Source: a virus (Duplodnaviria > Heunggongvirae > Uroviricota > Caudoviricetes). Taken from it: 37,380 nucleotides of DNA. Positions 29,298 to 37,380 of the stretch are shown piece after piece (position 1 is the first letter of the stretch; every line of letters begins with the position of its first letter). The translations under genes and the position numbers were made by a program. The stretch lies in IMG/VR virus record IMGVR_UViG_2718218398_000011. The stretch is one strand, 5' to 3'. The notes below the pieces were generated by a model. The model made no database searches and was not told the origin of the DNA. It worked only from the letters and a program-made list of their open reading frames with translations.

Positions 29298-29531
29298 TTA
29301 ATGCAGCCAGCTGTCGTCTTCCCACACCTTCTGCATAATTTTCATCACTTGTTTTCTTTCTTCATCCAGTTGCAGTCCGGTCAGTTCCACACCGTTAGAG
29401 CTACCTTTACGGATACGAATTACCGTTTTTGGATACAGGGGGCGCAGATTGCGGTAAAGCTCGGATTCAAGGGCGTCCAGGGTAGACTGGCTAATCTTCT
29501 GCTCTTTATCGATCATTATTTCAATGCGCAT
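29298..29531 (-). CDS. DinI-family protein (Tum C-terminal-like; SOS-induced)
   Basis: 77 aa from MRIEIMIDKEQ...; DinI-like throughout (RIEI..., ...VWEDDSWL). The track ORF starts at 29603 and overlaps the upstream gene. Confidence 0.8.
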   Translation of the reverse strand: MRIEIMIDKEQKISQSTLDALESELYRNLRPLYPKTVIRIRKGSSNGVELTGLQLDEERKQVMKIMQKVWEDDSWLH

Positions 29532-29541
29532 AAAAGTCACC

Positions 29542-29730
29542 TCAACTGATGACATCCATTGAGCGGTTGTATTCGTGGGTTCTGATCTTTGCCATGAGTT
29601 CATCAGTCAATTCAGAAACCCACTGCAGAGCCAGCCCCTTCTCTTCATCACTACACTCACTAGCCGCTACAAGCTTAAGAAAAAAATCAATGCGCTGGAG
29701 CTTCAAAGACTCCAAAAAATAGTCCTGCAT
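29542..29730 (-). CDS. small SOS-operon protein (possible Tum N-terminal-like antirepressor part)
   Basis: 62 aa from the ATG preceded by AGGAGG; first gene downstream of the LexA box. The track ORF starts at 29832, upstream of the box. Confidence 0.5.
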   Translation of the reverse strand: MQDYFLESLKLQRIDFFLKLVAASECSDEEKGLALQWVSELTDELMAKIRTHEYNRSMDVIS

Positions 29731-29773
29731 CTTTCCTCCTATGACACCACAAGCAATACTGTATGCATAACCA

Positions 29774-29789
29774 CTGTTTATATTTACAG
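29774..29789. promoter_or_regulatory. LexA (SOS) box
   Basis: CTGTTTATATTTACAG, a perfect CTGT-N8-ACAG with AT-rich spacer, overlapping a promoter-like region upstream of the small ORF and DinI-like gene. Confidence 0.75.
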
Positions 29790-29883
29790 TATATAATAAT
29801 CTTACTGATGTAAAACGTTTTTTTACGTTCATCAGCCTGATATGCCTGGTATTATTAAGAGCACGAATTGTTAATCCGCGTAA

Positions 29884-32298
29884 TTAATACAGGTTCCGCC
29901 ACTTATCATCTTCCCACAAACGCTGGTTCCGATAGAAGATACGCAAGCCTGCTCCTGACGGAATACTGCCGCCGCGAAGGAGTAAATCGACCTCTTTCTC
30001 GCTACCATCAAATCCTCTGGACTTCAGCTCATAGACGAGCTGCAGTCGCTGATGGTATGTAATTCGCTGTTTGTAGTCTTTACGCCGTTTCGGTTTAACC
30101 AGGCGTAACCTTGCTGCCAGGTCCCGGCGCTCTTTTTTGCTCATACTGTGCAGGTAATCGTGCAACTCCTTGTCATCCATGCGGGTAATGTCCGTTCTGG
30201 TATCCCCATCAGCTGATTTGTCTTTCCCTTGTTGGTACAAATTTTCAGCAAGGGGACAGTTATTGCCACGAGTCCAAGGGGCGCAAGCGCCCTGGTCGGC
30301 TGCCGCCTCCTGAACGTCAACGGCTTTACGGACCATTTTCCACTTCACTGCATGAGTGCAGATCTTGCCCTCTGCAATGGGTGACCAGATGCCATAAATA
30401 CGAATACCGTGATCGCCATAGGCGGTCGGCTCTTCGTTGATTTCATAAGCGGTTCTGATGAGGTGATATTTACGGGGAACCAGTACGCCGCCCTGCTTCA
30501 TGATGTAGGTGGCAAAGCAACCAGCATCAGCTGCAGCCAGAATGGCATCAAGGCGCGGGTTATCCAGTACCGGCGCACCTGCTTTTTTGTCACCCTGTTG
30601 CCTTGCCGCCTGACCAGCCAGCAATCGCAGTTCACGGTAAGCCTGACGCCCCGGAATGCCAAAGAAGCGGAATTGCTGAACACGATGCAGAGACGCCCAG
30701 GCATTAACGTATTCAGCGTTATCACGCAGAGATTTACCCGTTTCCTTGCTGATCTCGCCAGCCAGACCACGCCCGTCAATGTTCTTACTGATGTATTTCG
30801 CGATGTAGCTTGTTGGTGTACCTTTGCGCGGGTTTATCAGCTCAGACTTAAAGCGTGGTCCTGTGTTATTACCCAGCTCCTCGCGGTCTTCACGAATGGC
30901 AAACTTACGCAACAAAGCAGTAATGGCGCGGCGATCTTTTTTGCGCATAAAACACAACAGGTGCCAGTGAACTGTACCGTCATGATGCGGCTCAGCCACC
31001 CGCACGCCATACCAGCGCAATCCGGCTTTGTACATCGCCTTACGAAATGCAGCAAACATGCCGACCAGATAATCACTGCTTTGTCTTACCGTCGCATTTG
31101 TCCAGGTCGGGTTGGGCCTGCCGTTATTTAGCGTGGAATGGAAACGTGACGGACAGGTGATGGTGTAGAAAACGGCGCAGTCACCGCGCATTTCCGCGAT
31201 AAGCTCCAGACCTTTAACACATGCCATCATCTCATTGCGGCGATGCGCCGGGTTGCTACTACTGGCGTTTACCACGTCCTCCATATCCAGCGTGTCGCCG
31301 TCTTCGTTCACCAGTTCATGAGAACGGAAAAACTCCAGCGACTTACGGCGCTGCTCACGTTTATGCATCACGGCTTCATAGCTGACATAGGGAGATGCTT
31401 TTTTGCTGACCAGGCAAACAGCACGCAACTGCTCTTCCCGCCATTCGCAACGCATCTTCCATAATTTCCGATACCACCAGTCGGCGCACAACATACGCGC
31501 CAGCGAACCCGGAATGAGTTCATAGGGTACGGGTTTACGGCGGTTTCTTTTCCGGCGGAGTTGCTCAAACGCAGGAGGGATGACATCCAGACGCAGGGTT
31601 TCCGCCGCCACCCTTTCCCATGTCTTGCGGATTTCTTCTGGCTTAACGTCATCGGTGGCATACAAATCACCACAAGCTGCATCAAGGCACATGCTCATAT
31701 GTGCGGCAACAAGGGTAGACAGGCGCTTCACCTGATCCTGACTCATTTCAGGCAAGATCAGCAGGCCGTCCAGCCCTTCATGGCTTGCCATAAAACGAAA
31801 AGATGCAGATAGCTGGCTGTCGCGTACATGCTCTAGTCGTTCCAGACATGGTTTAATCGTCTCACGCAAATAGCGGGAATAAGCCTTTGGCCTGCCCAGG
31901 CTGCTGAAGTATTCAATACGTTGCATCAGCGGCTTGCTGATATGGGAAGGCTGGGCGTTAACGTCCGCCAGTATGACCATGTCCGGATTAAAACGCTGCT
32001 GCTCATGCACCAGCTTTGCCCGGCTAATGAGCTTATCCTGCTCCATTTCGCGCTGGACAGGATCACGGGATTCATTAAAGAAATAACGCTCCCAGACCTG
32101 ATCACTCAGTGCCTCGCGGCGCAGTTGTTCCTGCTTGTTATCGGCAGCGTACAGAGTGATCAGGTTTGAAAGCGCAGAAACCGGCGCAACTTCCGCCGGG
32201 TCCAGATAAGGGTTAATCGCCTTTTTCGGGCTGTTCCATGAGAATGCTGCGGCGGCCTCGTTAAAGCCGCTGCAGTTGTTCATATCAGCATGTCTCAT
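29884..32298 (-). CDS. A: replication initiation protein A (rolling-circle HUH endonuclease)
   Basis: 804 aa; HUH motif [11 protein letters not shown] and catalytic-Tyr motif [12 protein letters not shown], as in P2 gpA. Confidence 0.9.
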   Translation of the reverse strand: MRHADMNNCSGFNEAAAAFSWNSPKKAINPYLDPAEVAPVSALSNLITLYAADNKQEQLRREALSDQVWERYFFNESRDPVQREMEQDKLISRAKLVHEQQRFNPDMVILADVNAQPSHISKPLMQRIEYFSSLGRPKAYSRYLRETIKPCLERLEHVRDSQLSASFRFMASHEGLDGLLILPEMSQDQVKRLSTLVAAHMSMCLDAACGDLYATDDVKPEEIRKTWERVAAETLRLDVIPPAFEQLRRKRNRRKPVPYELIPGSLARMLCADWWYRKLWKMRCEWREEQLRAVCLVSKKASPYVSYEAVMHKREQRRKSLEFFRSHELVNEDGDTLDMEDVVNASSSNPAHRRNEMMACVKGLELIAEMRGDCAVFYTITCPSRFHSTLNNGRPNPTWTNATVRQSSDYLVGMFAAFRKAMYKAGLRWYGVRVAEPHHDGTVHWHLLCFMRKKDRRAITALLRKFAIREDREELGNNTGPRFKSELINPRKGTPTSYIAKYISKNIDGRGLAGEISKETGKSLRDNAEYVNAWASLHRVQQFRFFGIPGRQAYRELRLLAGQAARQQGDKKAGAPVLDNPRLDAILAAADAGCFATYIMKQGGVLVPRKYHLIRTAYEINEEPTAYGDHGIRIYGIWSPIAEGKICTHAVKWKMVRKAVDVQEAAADQGACAPWTRGNNCPLAENLYQQGKDKSADGDTRTDITRMDDKELHDYLHSMSKKERRDLAARLRLVKPKRRKDYKQRITYHQRLQLVYELKSRGFDGSEKEVDLLLRGGSIPSGAGLRIFYRNQRLWEDDKWRNLY

Positions 32299-33152
32299 GC
32301 ACGTACTCCGTACACGGCAGAACTATCCACGCCACGCGAAGGATCAAATCCCACCCAGCAGCGCGCCCCAGAAACAGCGATGATTTCTGTTGCAGATTTA
32401 CTCTCACCAGCTGCTACGCCGATGCTGCGTTTTGCCTTGATGTAGTGGTGAGTAAAATTGCGATACAGCGAACGGATCAGGGATGTGTCACTGTTAGAAA
32501 CAATGACCGGATGTCCTTCTGATGACCGATGTTCAAGAACGGATGCCAGGTGATACTGGTCATCTTCAGTGAAACCATCAGTGTGATAGCTGGAAAACGT
32601 ACCGTCATACGGCGGATCGCAATACACCACATCCCCCGCCTTCAACATCGCCAGCGTTTCATCAAAGCTGGCGCAGATAAACGTTGCTCGTTGGGCTTTC
32701 TCTGCAAATGCGCAAATTTCTTTTTCAGGGAAATACGGATTTTTATAATTACCGTAGGGAATGTTGAAATGCCCGCTCTTGTTATAGCGACATAACCCAC
32801 GGTAACCGTGACGATTGAGATACAGGAAATATACCGCTTTCATGAAATCAGTAATTTCAGTTGAGTAATTAAACTCCTGCCTTATGTTGTAATAAGCCAC
32901 CTCCCTGTTTGCTTCCTTAAATAAAACTCTGGCGCGAGATATAAACGATTCACAATCAGCGGCAACCTTTTTATAGAGGTTGATTAAATCAGGATTAATA
33001 TCCGCAACCAGATAGCTGGGATAATCCGTCTCCATCATCACAGCACAGGAACCCGCGAAAGGTTCAACCAGTCGCGGGCCAGCTGGAAGATGTTTTTTCA
33101 GTTCTGACATTACGGCGGTTTTATTTCCCGCCCATTTCAGGATGGTGCTCAT
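32295..33152 (-). CDS. dam: DNA adenine methyltransferase (Dam-like, D12 class)
   Basis: PFAGSCAV (FxGxG-type) and DPPY motifs; start placed at [11 protein letters not shown], overlapping the upstream stop by ATGA (track ORF starts at 33212). Confidence 0.85.
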   Translation of the reverse strand: MSTILKWAGNKTAVMSELKKHLPAGPRLVEPFAGSCAVMMETDYPSYLVADINPDLINLYKKVAADCESFISRARVLFKEANREVAYYNIRQEFNYSTEITDFMKAVYFLYLNRHGYRGLCRYNKSGHFNIPYGNYKNPYFPEKEICAFAEKAQRATFICASFDETLAMLKAGDVVYCDPPYDGTFSSYHTDGFTEDDQYHLASVLEHRSSEGHPVIVSNSDTSLIRSLYRNFTHHYIKAKRSIGVAAGESKSATEIIAVSGARCWVGFDPSRGVDSSAVYGVRA

Positions 33153-33376
33153 ACAGCACCTCCGTTGTAATGTTTGCCTTTCAGCTCTGCGATTTCCTGA
33201 CAGGTAATGCAAAGCTGCACACCTAGAATGGCGCGGCGGCGTGCTGGCGGAATTGGCGCTTCACACTCAATGCAAAGCACGCGGGACACGCCCGGCGTTT
33301 TGGCACGGGCAGCACGGATATGGCGCTGGCGTTCTTCTTCAACGCGCTGCTGTACGAGATCCATTGCATCAGCCAT
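33149..33376 (-). CDS. TraR/DksA-family C4 zinc-finger protein
   Basis: 75 aa; CIEC...CITC zinc finger; positional equivalent of P2 orf82. Confidence 0.8.
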   Translation of the reverse strand: MADAMDLVQQRVEEERQRHIRAARAKTPGVSRVLCIECEAPIPPARRRAILGVQLCITCQEIAELKGKHYNGGAV

Positions 33377-33615
33377 TAGTGGATCTCCTGCGCTTCGTTC
33401 TGGATTGCTTCAGCAGTTACACGCAGTAGTTCTGCTGCTTCGACGTGGTTTAGCTGGCGGGATGTGATATGACACGCCAGGCTATAAAGGCGAGCTGCCA
33501 TTGCTTCAGCCCTTGCCCGGCGTTCTTCCAGACGAGCCTCTGTCAGTAAAATATTAAGCCCTGCATCATCCGGTCCGGTTTTAGTCTTGAGGGTTTCAAT
33601 ATTACGCATAATCAA
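33376..33615 (-). CDS. hypothetical early-operon protein
   Basis: 79-aa ORF, translationally coupled within the early operon. Confidence 0.5.
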   Translation of the reverse strand: MIMRNIETLKTKTGPDDAGLNILLTEARLEERRARAEAMAARLYSLACHITSRQLNHVEAAELLRVTAEAIQNEAQEIH

Positions 33616-33676
33616 TTCTCCTGAATTTAGATAAAGGGATACCCGGCGGGTTTACGCCATTAATTTCATTAGTTGG

Positions 33677-34018
33677 TTAATTCGGCATGGTTAGCCGTCT
33701 GGGAAATAAGCTCACCACTGCACGAAAATGATTCATTGCTTTAATCAACTCCCGCTTTTCGTCAGTGGTCAGCTCATTAATGCTGATGCTATGACGTTCA
33801 GCTGGAATTTTTGCCATAAAGAATATGGCAGCCAGTGCTCGTTTATTCTGTTCGTTATTGATATCCCGTGGATCACGCATATCTTTAATAAACCGCTCAA
33901 GCTCTGACTCAATATTCAGGCCAAATACTTTCGCCCTTAACTCCGCAATGTGATTAAGTCCATTCAGGCGTTCACCGGGGCTTAATGGAACAGTTGCTGC
34001 AGCGCCATTAATTGCCAT
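33677..34018 (-). CDS. hypothetical early-operon protein
   Basis: 113-aa ORF in the same orientation as A. Confidence 0.5.
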   Translation of the reverse strand: MAINGAAATVPLSPGERLNGLNHIAELRAKVFGLNIESELERFIKDMRDPRDINNEQNKRALAAIFFMAKIPAERHSISINELTTDEKRELIKAMNHFRAVVSLFPRRLTMPN

Positions 34019-34040
34019 ACTTCATATCCCCCAAACGCAG

Positions 34041-34265
34041 CTATCGTTCTTTGTTCTTACGGTAACGCTCAAGAGGAGATACATTTTTTCGTATCGTCTC
34101 TTTAACCTGCTCTCCCCGTAAAAACGTCCCATCCTTTAACGCGAAAAAGTAACTGCCATCGCCCGACAATGACGGATAGCAACAGAGCAAATCATCTTCA
34201 GGTACTGAATAACTCTCCCCTCTGTAACGAAACTGATAAACCACTTCACTTTCTGCCGCATACAT
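34041..34265 (-). CDS. hypothetical small early protein (fil/dhr position)
   Basis: 74-aa ORF; overlaps a second ORF (34136..34432) in another frame, so the true gene is uncertain. Confidence 0.4.
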   Translation of the reverse strand: MYAAESEVVYQFRYRGESYSVPEDDLLCCYPSLSGDGSYFFALKDGTFLRGEQVKETIRKNVSPLERYRKNKER

Positions 34266-34439
34266 TTGGACTTTCTCCGTTTCCTCGTGGTCAATTCAGA
34301 CAGCAATTCATCTTGTGAATGACATGGATGCCAGCGTTTTCCATCCTCACCCGTGATCCAGCCGTGACCGTAGTGCATTGCCGGGCTTTGTTTTACCAGC
34401 AGCGATGCAAATGATGGTTCTTTCGTCAGCATAAGCACC

Positions 34440-34958
34440 TCACAGCAAACCGAATGAAGCACCGAGGCCAGTCACGGTATCAACTGCACTCGCCATCGCA
34501 GGGTTAGCCTGTAAACGGGCCTGCAATGAAACAGCAGCCAACGCCATCAGTCGTGTTACAGAGTTAATGCTGCTGATAGCATCACGACGACCTGCACTGG
34601 TTTTTACATCGCCAGATACCGCACCTGCAGCAACACGCCCGATCTCTGCGGTTGCACTCATGACGTAATGTGGCAGTTTCTCTTTTGCCACCTCATTAAT
34701 TGGTACGCATGGCAGGCAGTGAATCTGTGCCAGAAAACCATCTACCAACGTTGAATCTTCAGTCAGATCGGTAAGCAGCCAGATTTCTGGTGCGGTTAAT
34801 AAATGAGGTTGAGCTGGGTTCAGCTTGTTCCGCAGAATCTGCACATTCATGCCCGCACGTTCTGCCAGTTGCACCAGATTGTGGCGCAGTGCGAATGCAC
34901 GACAGGCTTCATCAAAATGTGGATGTTTGGAAACTTGGTAATCAAACATGGTTTTCAA
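34440..34958 (-). CDS. cII: CII-like transcriptional activator (phage 186 type); could instead be a P2 B-like protein
   Basis: 172 aa; N-terminus ([23 protein letters not shown]...) matches my recollection of 186 CII; sits directly after the apl/cox-like gene. Confidence 0.6.
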   Translation of the reverse strand: MKTMFDYQVSKHPHFDEACRAFALRHNLVQLAERAGMNVQILRNKLNPAQPHLLTAPEIWLLTDLTEDSTLVDGFLAQIHCLPCVPINEVAKEKLPHYVMSATAEIGRVAAGAVSGDVKTSAGRRDAISSINSVTRLMALAAVSLQARLQANPAMASAVDTVTGLGASFGLL

Positions 34959-35013
34959 CTCCGAACTTATCGCAAAATCGAACTCAGCGTCTTATTGCGA
35001 AAATAGACGTCTA

Positions 35014-35217
35014 TTAAGCAGACAAAGCATCAACAGTCAGAGCAGCCAGGTTAATCATTACCTTTTCACGTTTTTTGTCTTTACGAAGACGATGACGAGG
35101 TAGTCGGCCATCAGCCAACATGTCGTTAATCGTATCAATAGAAAGGCCAGTCAGTTCGCTATAACGTTCGATTGTGACATGTGGTGTATTCAGAGTAATT
35201 GAAATGTTAGGTGTCAT
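35014..35217 (-). CDS. Apl/Cox-like small DNA-binding protein (excisionase/repressor of the lysogenic promoter)
   Basis: 67-aa basic protein, first gene of the leftward early operon, divergent from cI. Confidence 0.5.
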   Translation of the reverse strand: MTPNISITLNTPHVTIERYSELTGLSIDTINDMLADGRLPRHRLRKDKKREKVMINLAALTVDALSA

Positions 35218-35362
35218 AAGGCAACATTCCTTCTAGATATGGCTTGTGGCGAGCCGTTGTTTGTCGTGATTAGTAGTGAAGGCTCCAAAAGAACACTTCT
35301 GGTTCAACTTTAAGATCGCTTTTGGAATCTGTCAACGAATTTTGGATTTCTTTGGAGGACTT
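35218..35362. promoter_or_regulatory. immunity switch region (early and lysogenic promoters and operators)
   Basis: 145-bp gap between the divergent apl/cox-like and cI genes; inferred from position only. Confidence 0.5.
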
Positions 35363-35932
35363 GTGGATTTCAATAGCGGCGGTAAGAAAGCCATAGAACG
35401 TTTAGTTGAAGCATATGGGTTCGGTACCCGTCAGGCTCTCTGTGATCATTTAGGTGTTTCTAAGAGCACCATGGCAACGCGCTATATGCGTGATATTTTT
35501 CCAGCAGATTGGGTAATCCAGTGCGCCCTTGAAACGGGCACCTCGCTTAATTGGCTAACAACAGGGCATGGTTCAAAGCAAGCATCAGCAAATACAAATA
35601 CTATAGAAGTAGAAAAATATTTATTGTCTGATGGAGCATTGCAGAAAGACGGTTTTTATATTTTTGATAAGGAATTTCTACCCTCTACGTTTAAAAAACC
35701 TTTTGTCATCACAGATAACAATTCTGAATTTATTTGTGATAAAGAATTTGATGATATACGTGATGGTAAATGGGTAATAAGTATTGATGGCGAAATAACG
35801 ATCCGTGACATTACTCGTTTACCCGGTGGAAGAATCTTCGTCGAGGGTGGAAACAGAGCCTTCGAATGCAAGATAGAAGACATTGAAATAATTGGTAAAA
35901 TTATAAGTTTAACAGTCAAGTATGTTAAATAG
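35363..35932 (+). CDS. cI: CI immunity repressor (phage 186 type)
   Basis: In-frame GTG at about 35363 preceded by GGAGG; LVEAYGFGTRQALCDHLGVS...CALETGTSLNWLTTGHG resembles the 186 CI N-terminal domain. The track ORF starts at 35276. Confidence 0.8.
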   Translation: MDFNSGGKKAIERLVEAYGFGTRQALCDHLGVSKSTMATRYMRDIFPADWVIQCALETGTSLNWLTTGHGSKQASANTNTIEVEKYLLSDGALQKDGFYIFDKEFLPSTFKKPFVITDNNSEFICDKEFDDIRDGKWVISIDGEITIRDITRLPGGRIFVEGGNRAFECKIEDIEIIGKIISLTVKYVK

Positions 35933-35947
35933 TACCGGGAGGAAACT

Positions 35948-36139
35948 ATGCTTGGTAAGGTATTTTTTGTGGTTTTGTCATGTTCTTTGTTATTAAACCC
36001 ACTAACTACCTATGCTAGAAATTATCCCTGCTCAGGGAAAAAGGGAGGTGTTTCTCACTGTACCTCAGATGGCAAATTCGTTTGCAATGATGGAACTATT
36101 AGTAAATCCAAAAAAATCTGTACTAAAAACTCACGATAA
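35948..36139 (+). CDS. small secreted Cys-rich peptide (moron between cI and int)
   Basis: 63 aa; signal peptide [23 protein letters not shown] followed by a ~40-aa mature region with four Cys; AT-rich. Confidence 0.5.
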   Translation: MLGKVFFVVLSCSLLLNPLTTYARNYPCSGKKGGVSHCTSDGKFVCNDGTISKSKKICTKNSR

Positions 36140-36327
36140 CTTTTGCTTTTATATCTGCGTCTAAAATAAAAATGAGCCGCAGGTTAACCGCAAAAGTTAC
36201 ATGCTCACATAGCAAAAAGAATAGCCAACTTCATTATGGCTTCAGTGAGATGTATGGTCGTAGGATTTCATACATTGACACTGGTTATACATACAGTAAA
36301 AATGCTCTCTACTGGAGGGCATTTTTT

Positions 36328-37380
36328 ATGGCAGTACGAAAACTCACCACAGGGAAATGGCTTTGCGAATGTTACCCCGCCGGACGTAGTGGGCGTCGTG
36401 TGCGTAAACAATTCGCCACCAAAGGCGAAGCTCTGGCTTTTGAGCGCCACACGATGGAAGAAACCGAAGCAAAGCCCTGGCTGGGTGAATCAGTGGATCG
36501 TCGAACACTGAAAGACGTAGTTGAGCTATGGTTCAAACTACATGGTAAATCTCTAACCGCTGGGCAGCATGTCTATGACAAATTGCTGTTGATGGTTGAC
36601 GCTCTGGGCAATCCCCTTGCAACCGATCTCACATCTAAAATGTTTGCCCACTATCGAGATAAACGCCTGACGGGTGAGATCTACTTCAGCGAGAAATGGA
36701 AAAAAGGAGCAAGCCCAGTCACTATTAACCTGGAGCAAAGCTATCTTAGTAGTGTTTTTAGCGAACTATCCCGCCTGGGCGAATGGTCGTATCCGAACCC
36801 ACTGGAGAACATGCGAAAATTCACCATCGCAGAAAAAGAGATGGCATGGCTTACCCATGAGCAGATTGTTGAATTGCTGGCTGATTGTAAACGTCAGGAC
36901 CCAATTCTGGCACTGGTAGTTAAGATATGCTTAAGCACTGGCGCACGCTGGCGTGAAGCCGTAAATCTTACCCGCTCACAGGTGACCAAATACCGAATTA
37001 CCTTTGTAAGAACGAAGGGGAAGAAAAACAGAAGCATCCCTATCAGTAAAGAGCTTTACGAAGAGATCATGGCGCTTGATGGGTTCAATTTCTTCACAGA
37101 CTGTTATTTTCAATTTTTATCCGTGATGGAAAAAACGTCTATCGTGCTCCCTCGCGGTCAACTCACACACGTTCTGCGCCATACGTTTGCGGCGCACTTC
37201 ATGATGTCGGGTGGAAACATTCTGGCCTTACAAAAAATTCTCGGACACCACGATATAAAAATGACTATGCGTTACGCACATCTGGCACCGGATCATCTGG
37301 AAACGGCGCTTCGTTTCAATCCTCTGGCAACGCTGCCAAGTGGCGACAAAGTGGCGGCAGCGGTTGGCATTACCCCGTAA
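36328..37380 (+). CDS. int: tyrosine integrase (P2/186 family)
   Basis: Start at MAVRKLTTGKW with GGAGGG upstream (track ORF starts at 36172); TGARWREA box and HVLRHTFAAHF...MRYAHL catalytic region; the stop is the last codon of the window. Confidence 0.9.
   Translation: MAVRKLTTGKWLCECYPAGRSGRRVRKQFATKGEALAFERHTMEETEAKPWLGESVDRRTLKDVVELWFKLHGKSLTAGQHVYDKLLLMVDALGNPLATDLTSKMFAHYRDKRLTGEIYFSEKWKKGASPVTINLEQSYLSSVFSELSRLGEWSYPNPLENMRKFTIAEKEMAWLTHEQIVELLADCKRQDPILALVVKICLSTGARWREAVNLTRSQVTKYRITFVRTKGKKNRSIPISKELYEEIMALDGFNFFTDCYFQFLSVMEKTSIVLPRGQLTHVLRHTFAAHFMMSGGNILALQKILGHHDIKMTMRYAHLAPDHLETALRFNPLATLPSGDKVAAAVGITP
37341..37362 (+). repeat. candidate attR core, inside the int 3' end
   Basis: tggcgacaaagtggcggcagcg, matching 2834..2855 at 21 of 22 positions in direct orientation. 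Confidence 0.5.

Larger units (their letters stand above)
2834..37362. mobile_element. integrated P2/186-family prophage, apparently complete
   Basis: Full P2-type gene order from ogr to int; flanked by a 21-22 bp direct repeat; abuts host gene ybjL. Confidence 0.9.

Noticed and set aside
29166-29549. 127-aa plus-strand ORF
   Set aside because: Overlaps the DinI-like gene on the opposite strand and runs into non-coding AT-rich DNA; no ribosome-binding site.
29520-29603. Apparent frameshift or premature stop in the DinI-like gene when reading the printed sequence by hand
   Set aside because: The supplied ORF track shows an intact 101-codon frame; the two one-base differences I saw (about 29521 and about 29580) cancel out, so this is most likely my transcription error, not a pseudogene.
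29757-29776. Possible second LexA box (CTGTATGCATAACCAC) just upstream of the consensus box
   Set aside because: It lacks the CAG half-site; only the 29774..29789 box is a full CTGT-N8-ACAG.
30409-31131. 240-aa plus-strand ORF
   Set aside because: Antisense within replication gene A.
1-37380. CRISPR arrays, tRNA or rRNA genes, transposase or IS elements
   Set aside because: No direct-repeat/spacer periodicity, no tRNA-like structure at the att site, and no transposase-like ORF; the only recombinases are the phage integrase and the tail-fibre invertase.

Overview
The window holds an E. coli-type chromosomal flank (grxA, ybjM, ybjL; 1..2619) followed by an essentially complete ~34.5 kb P2/186-family prophage (about 2834..37362) that runs to the window end and is bounded by a 21-22 bp imperfect direct repeat (candidate att core). 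The prophage has the full P2-type gene order: ogr, D-U-T-E/E'-FII-FI, a Hin/Gin-family invertase with a G-segment-like invertible tail-fibre cassette, I-J-W-V-S-R, a lysis cassette (LysC/LysB/LysA, SAR endolysin, holin), X-L-M-N-O, divergent P-Q, then a 186-type early region (LexA-boxed SOS operon with a DinI-like gene, replication gene A, Dam methylase, TraR-like, cII-like, apl/cox-like, cI, integrase). The best candidate for a new system is an AT-rich cargo island at the cos-proximal hotspot (about 24924..29297, between portal Q and the SOS/replication genes). It encodes a KAP-family P-loop NTPase, an RNxxxH (HEPN-like) protein and an Abi_C-like protein, with a P2/186-like cos motif lying between them. 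None of the three could be assigned to a named defence system from sequence alone. All calls rest on reading the sequence and the supplied ORF translations against remembered protein families; no searches were run. Small-motif coordinates are approximate (±2 nt), because around 29520..29580 my reading of the printed sequence differed from the ORF track by one base.
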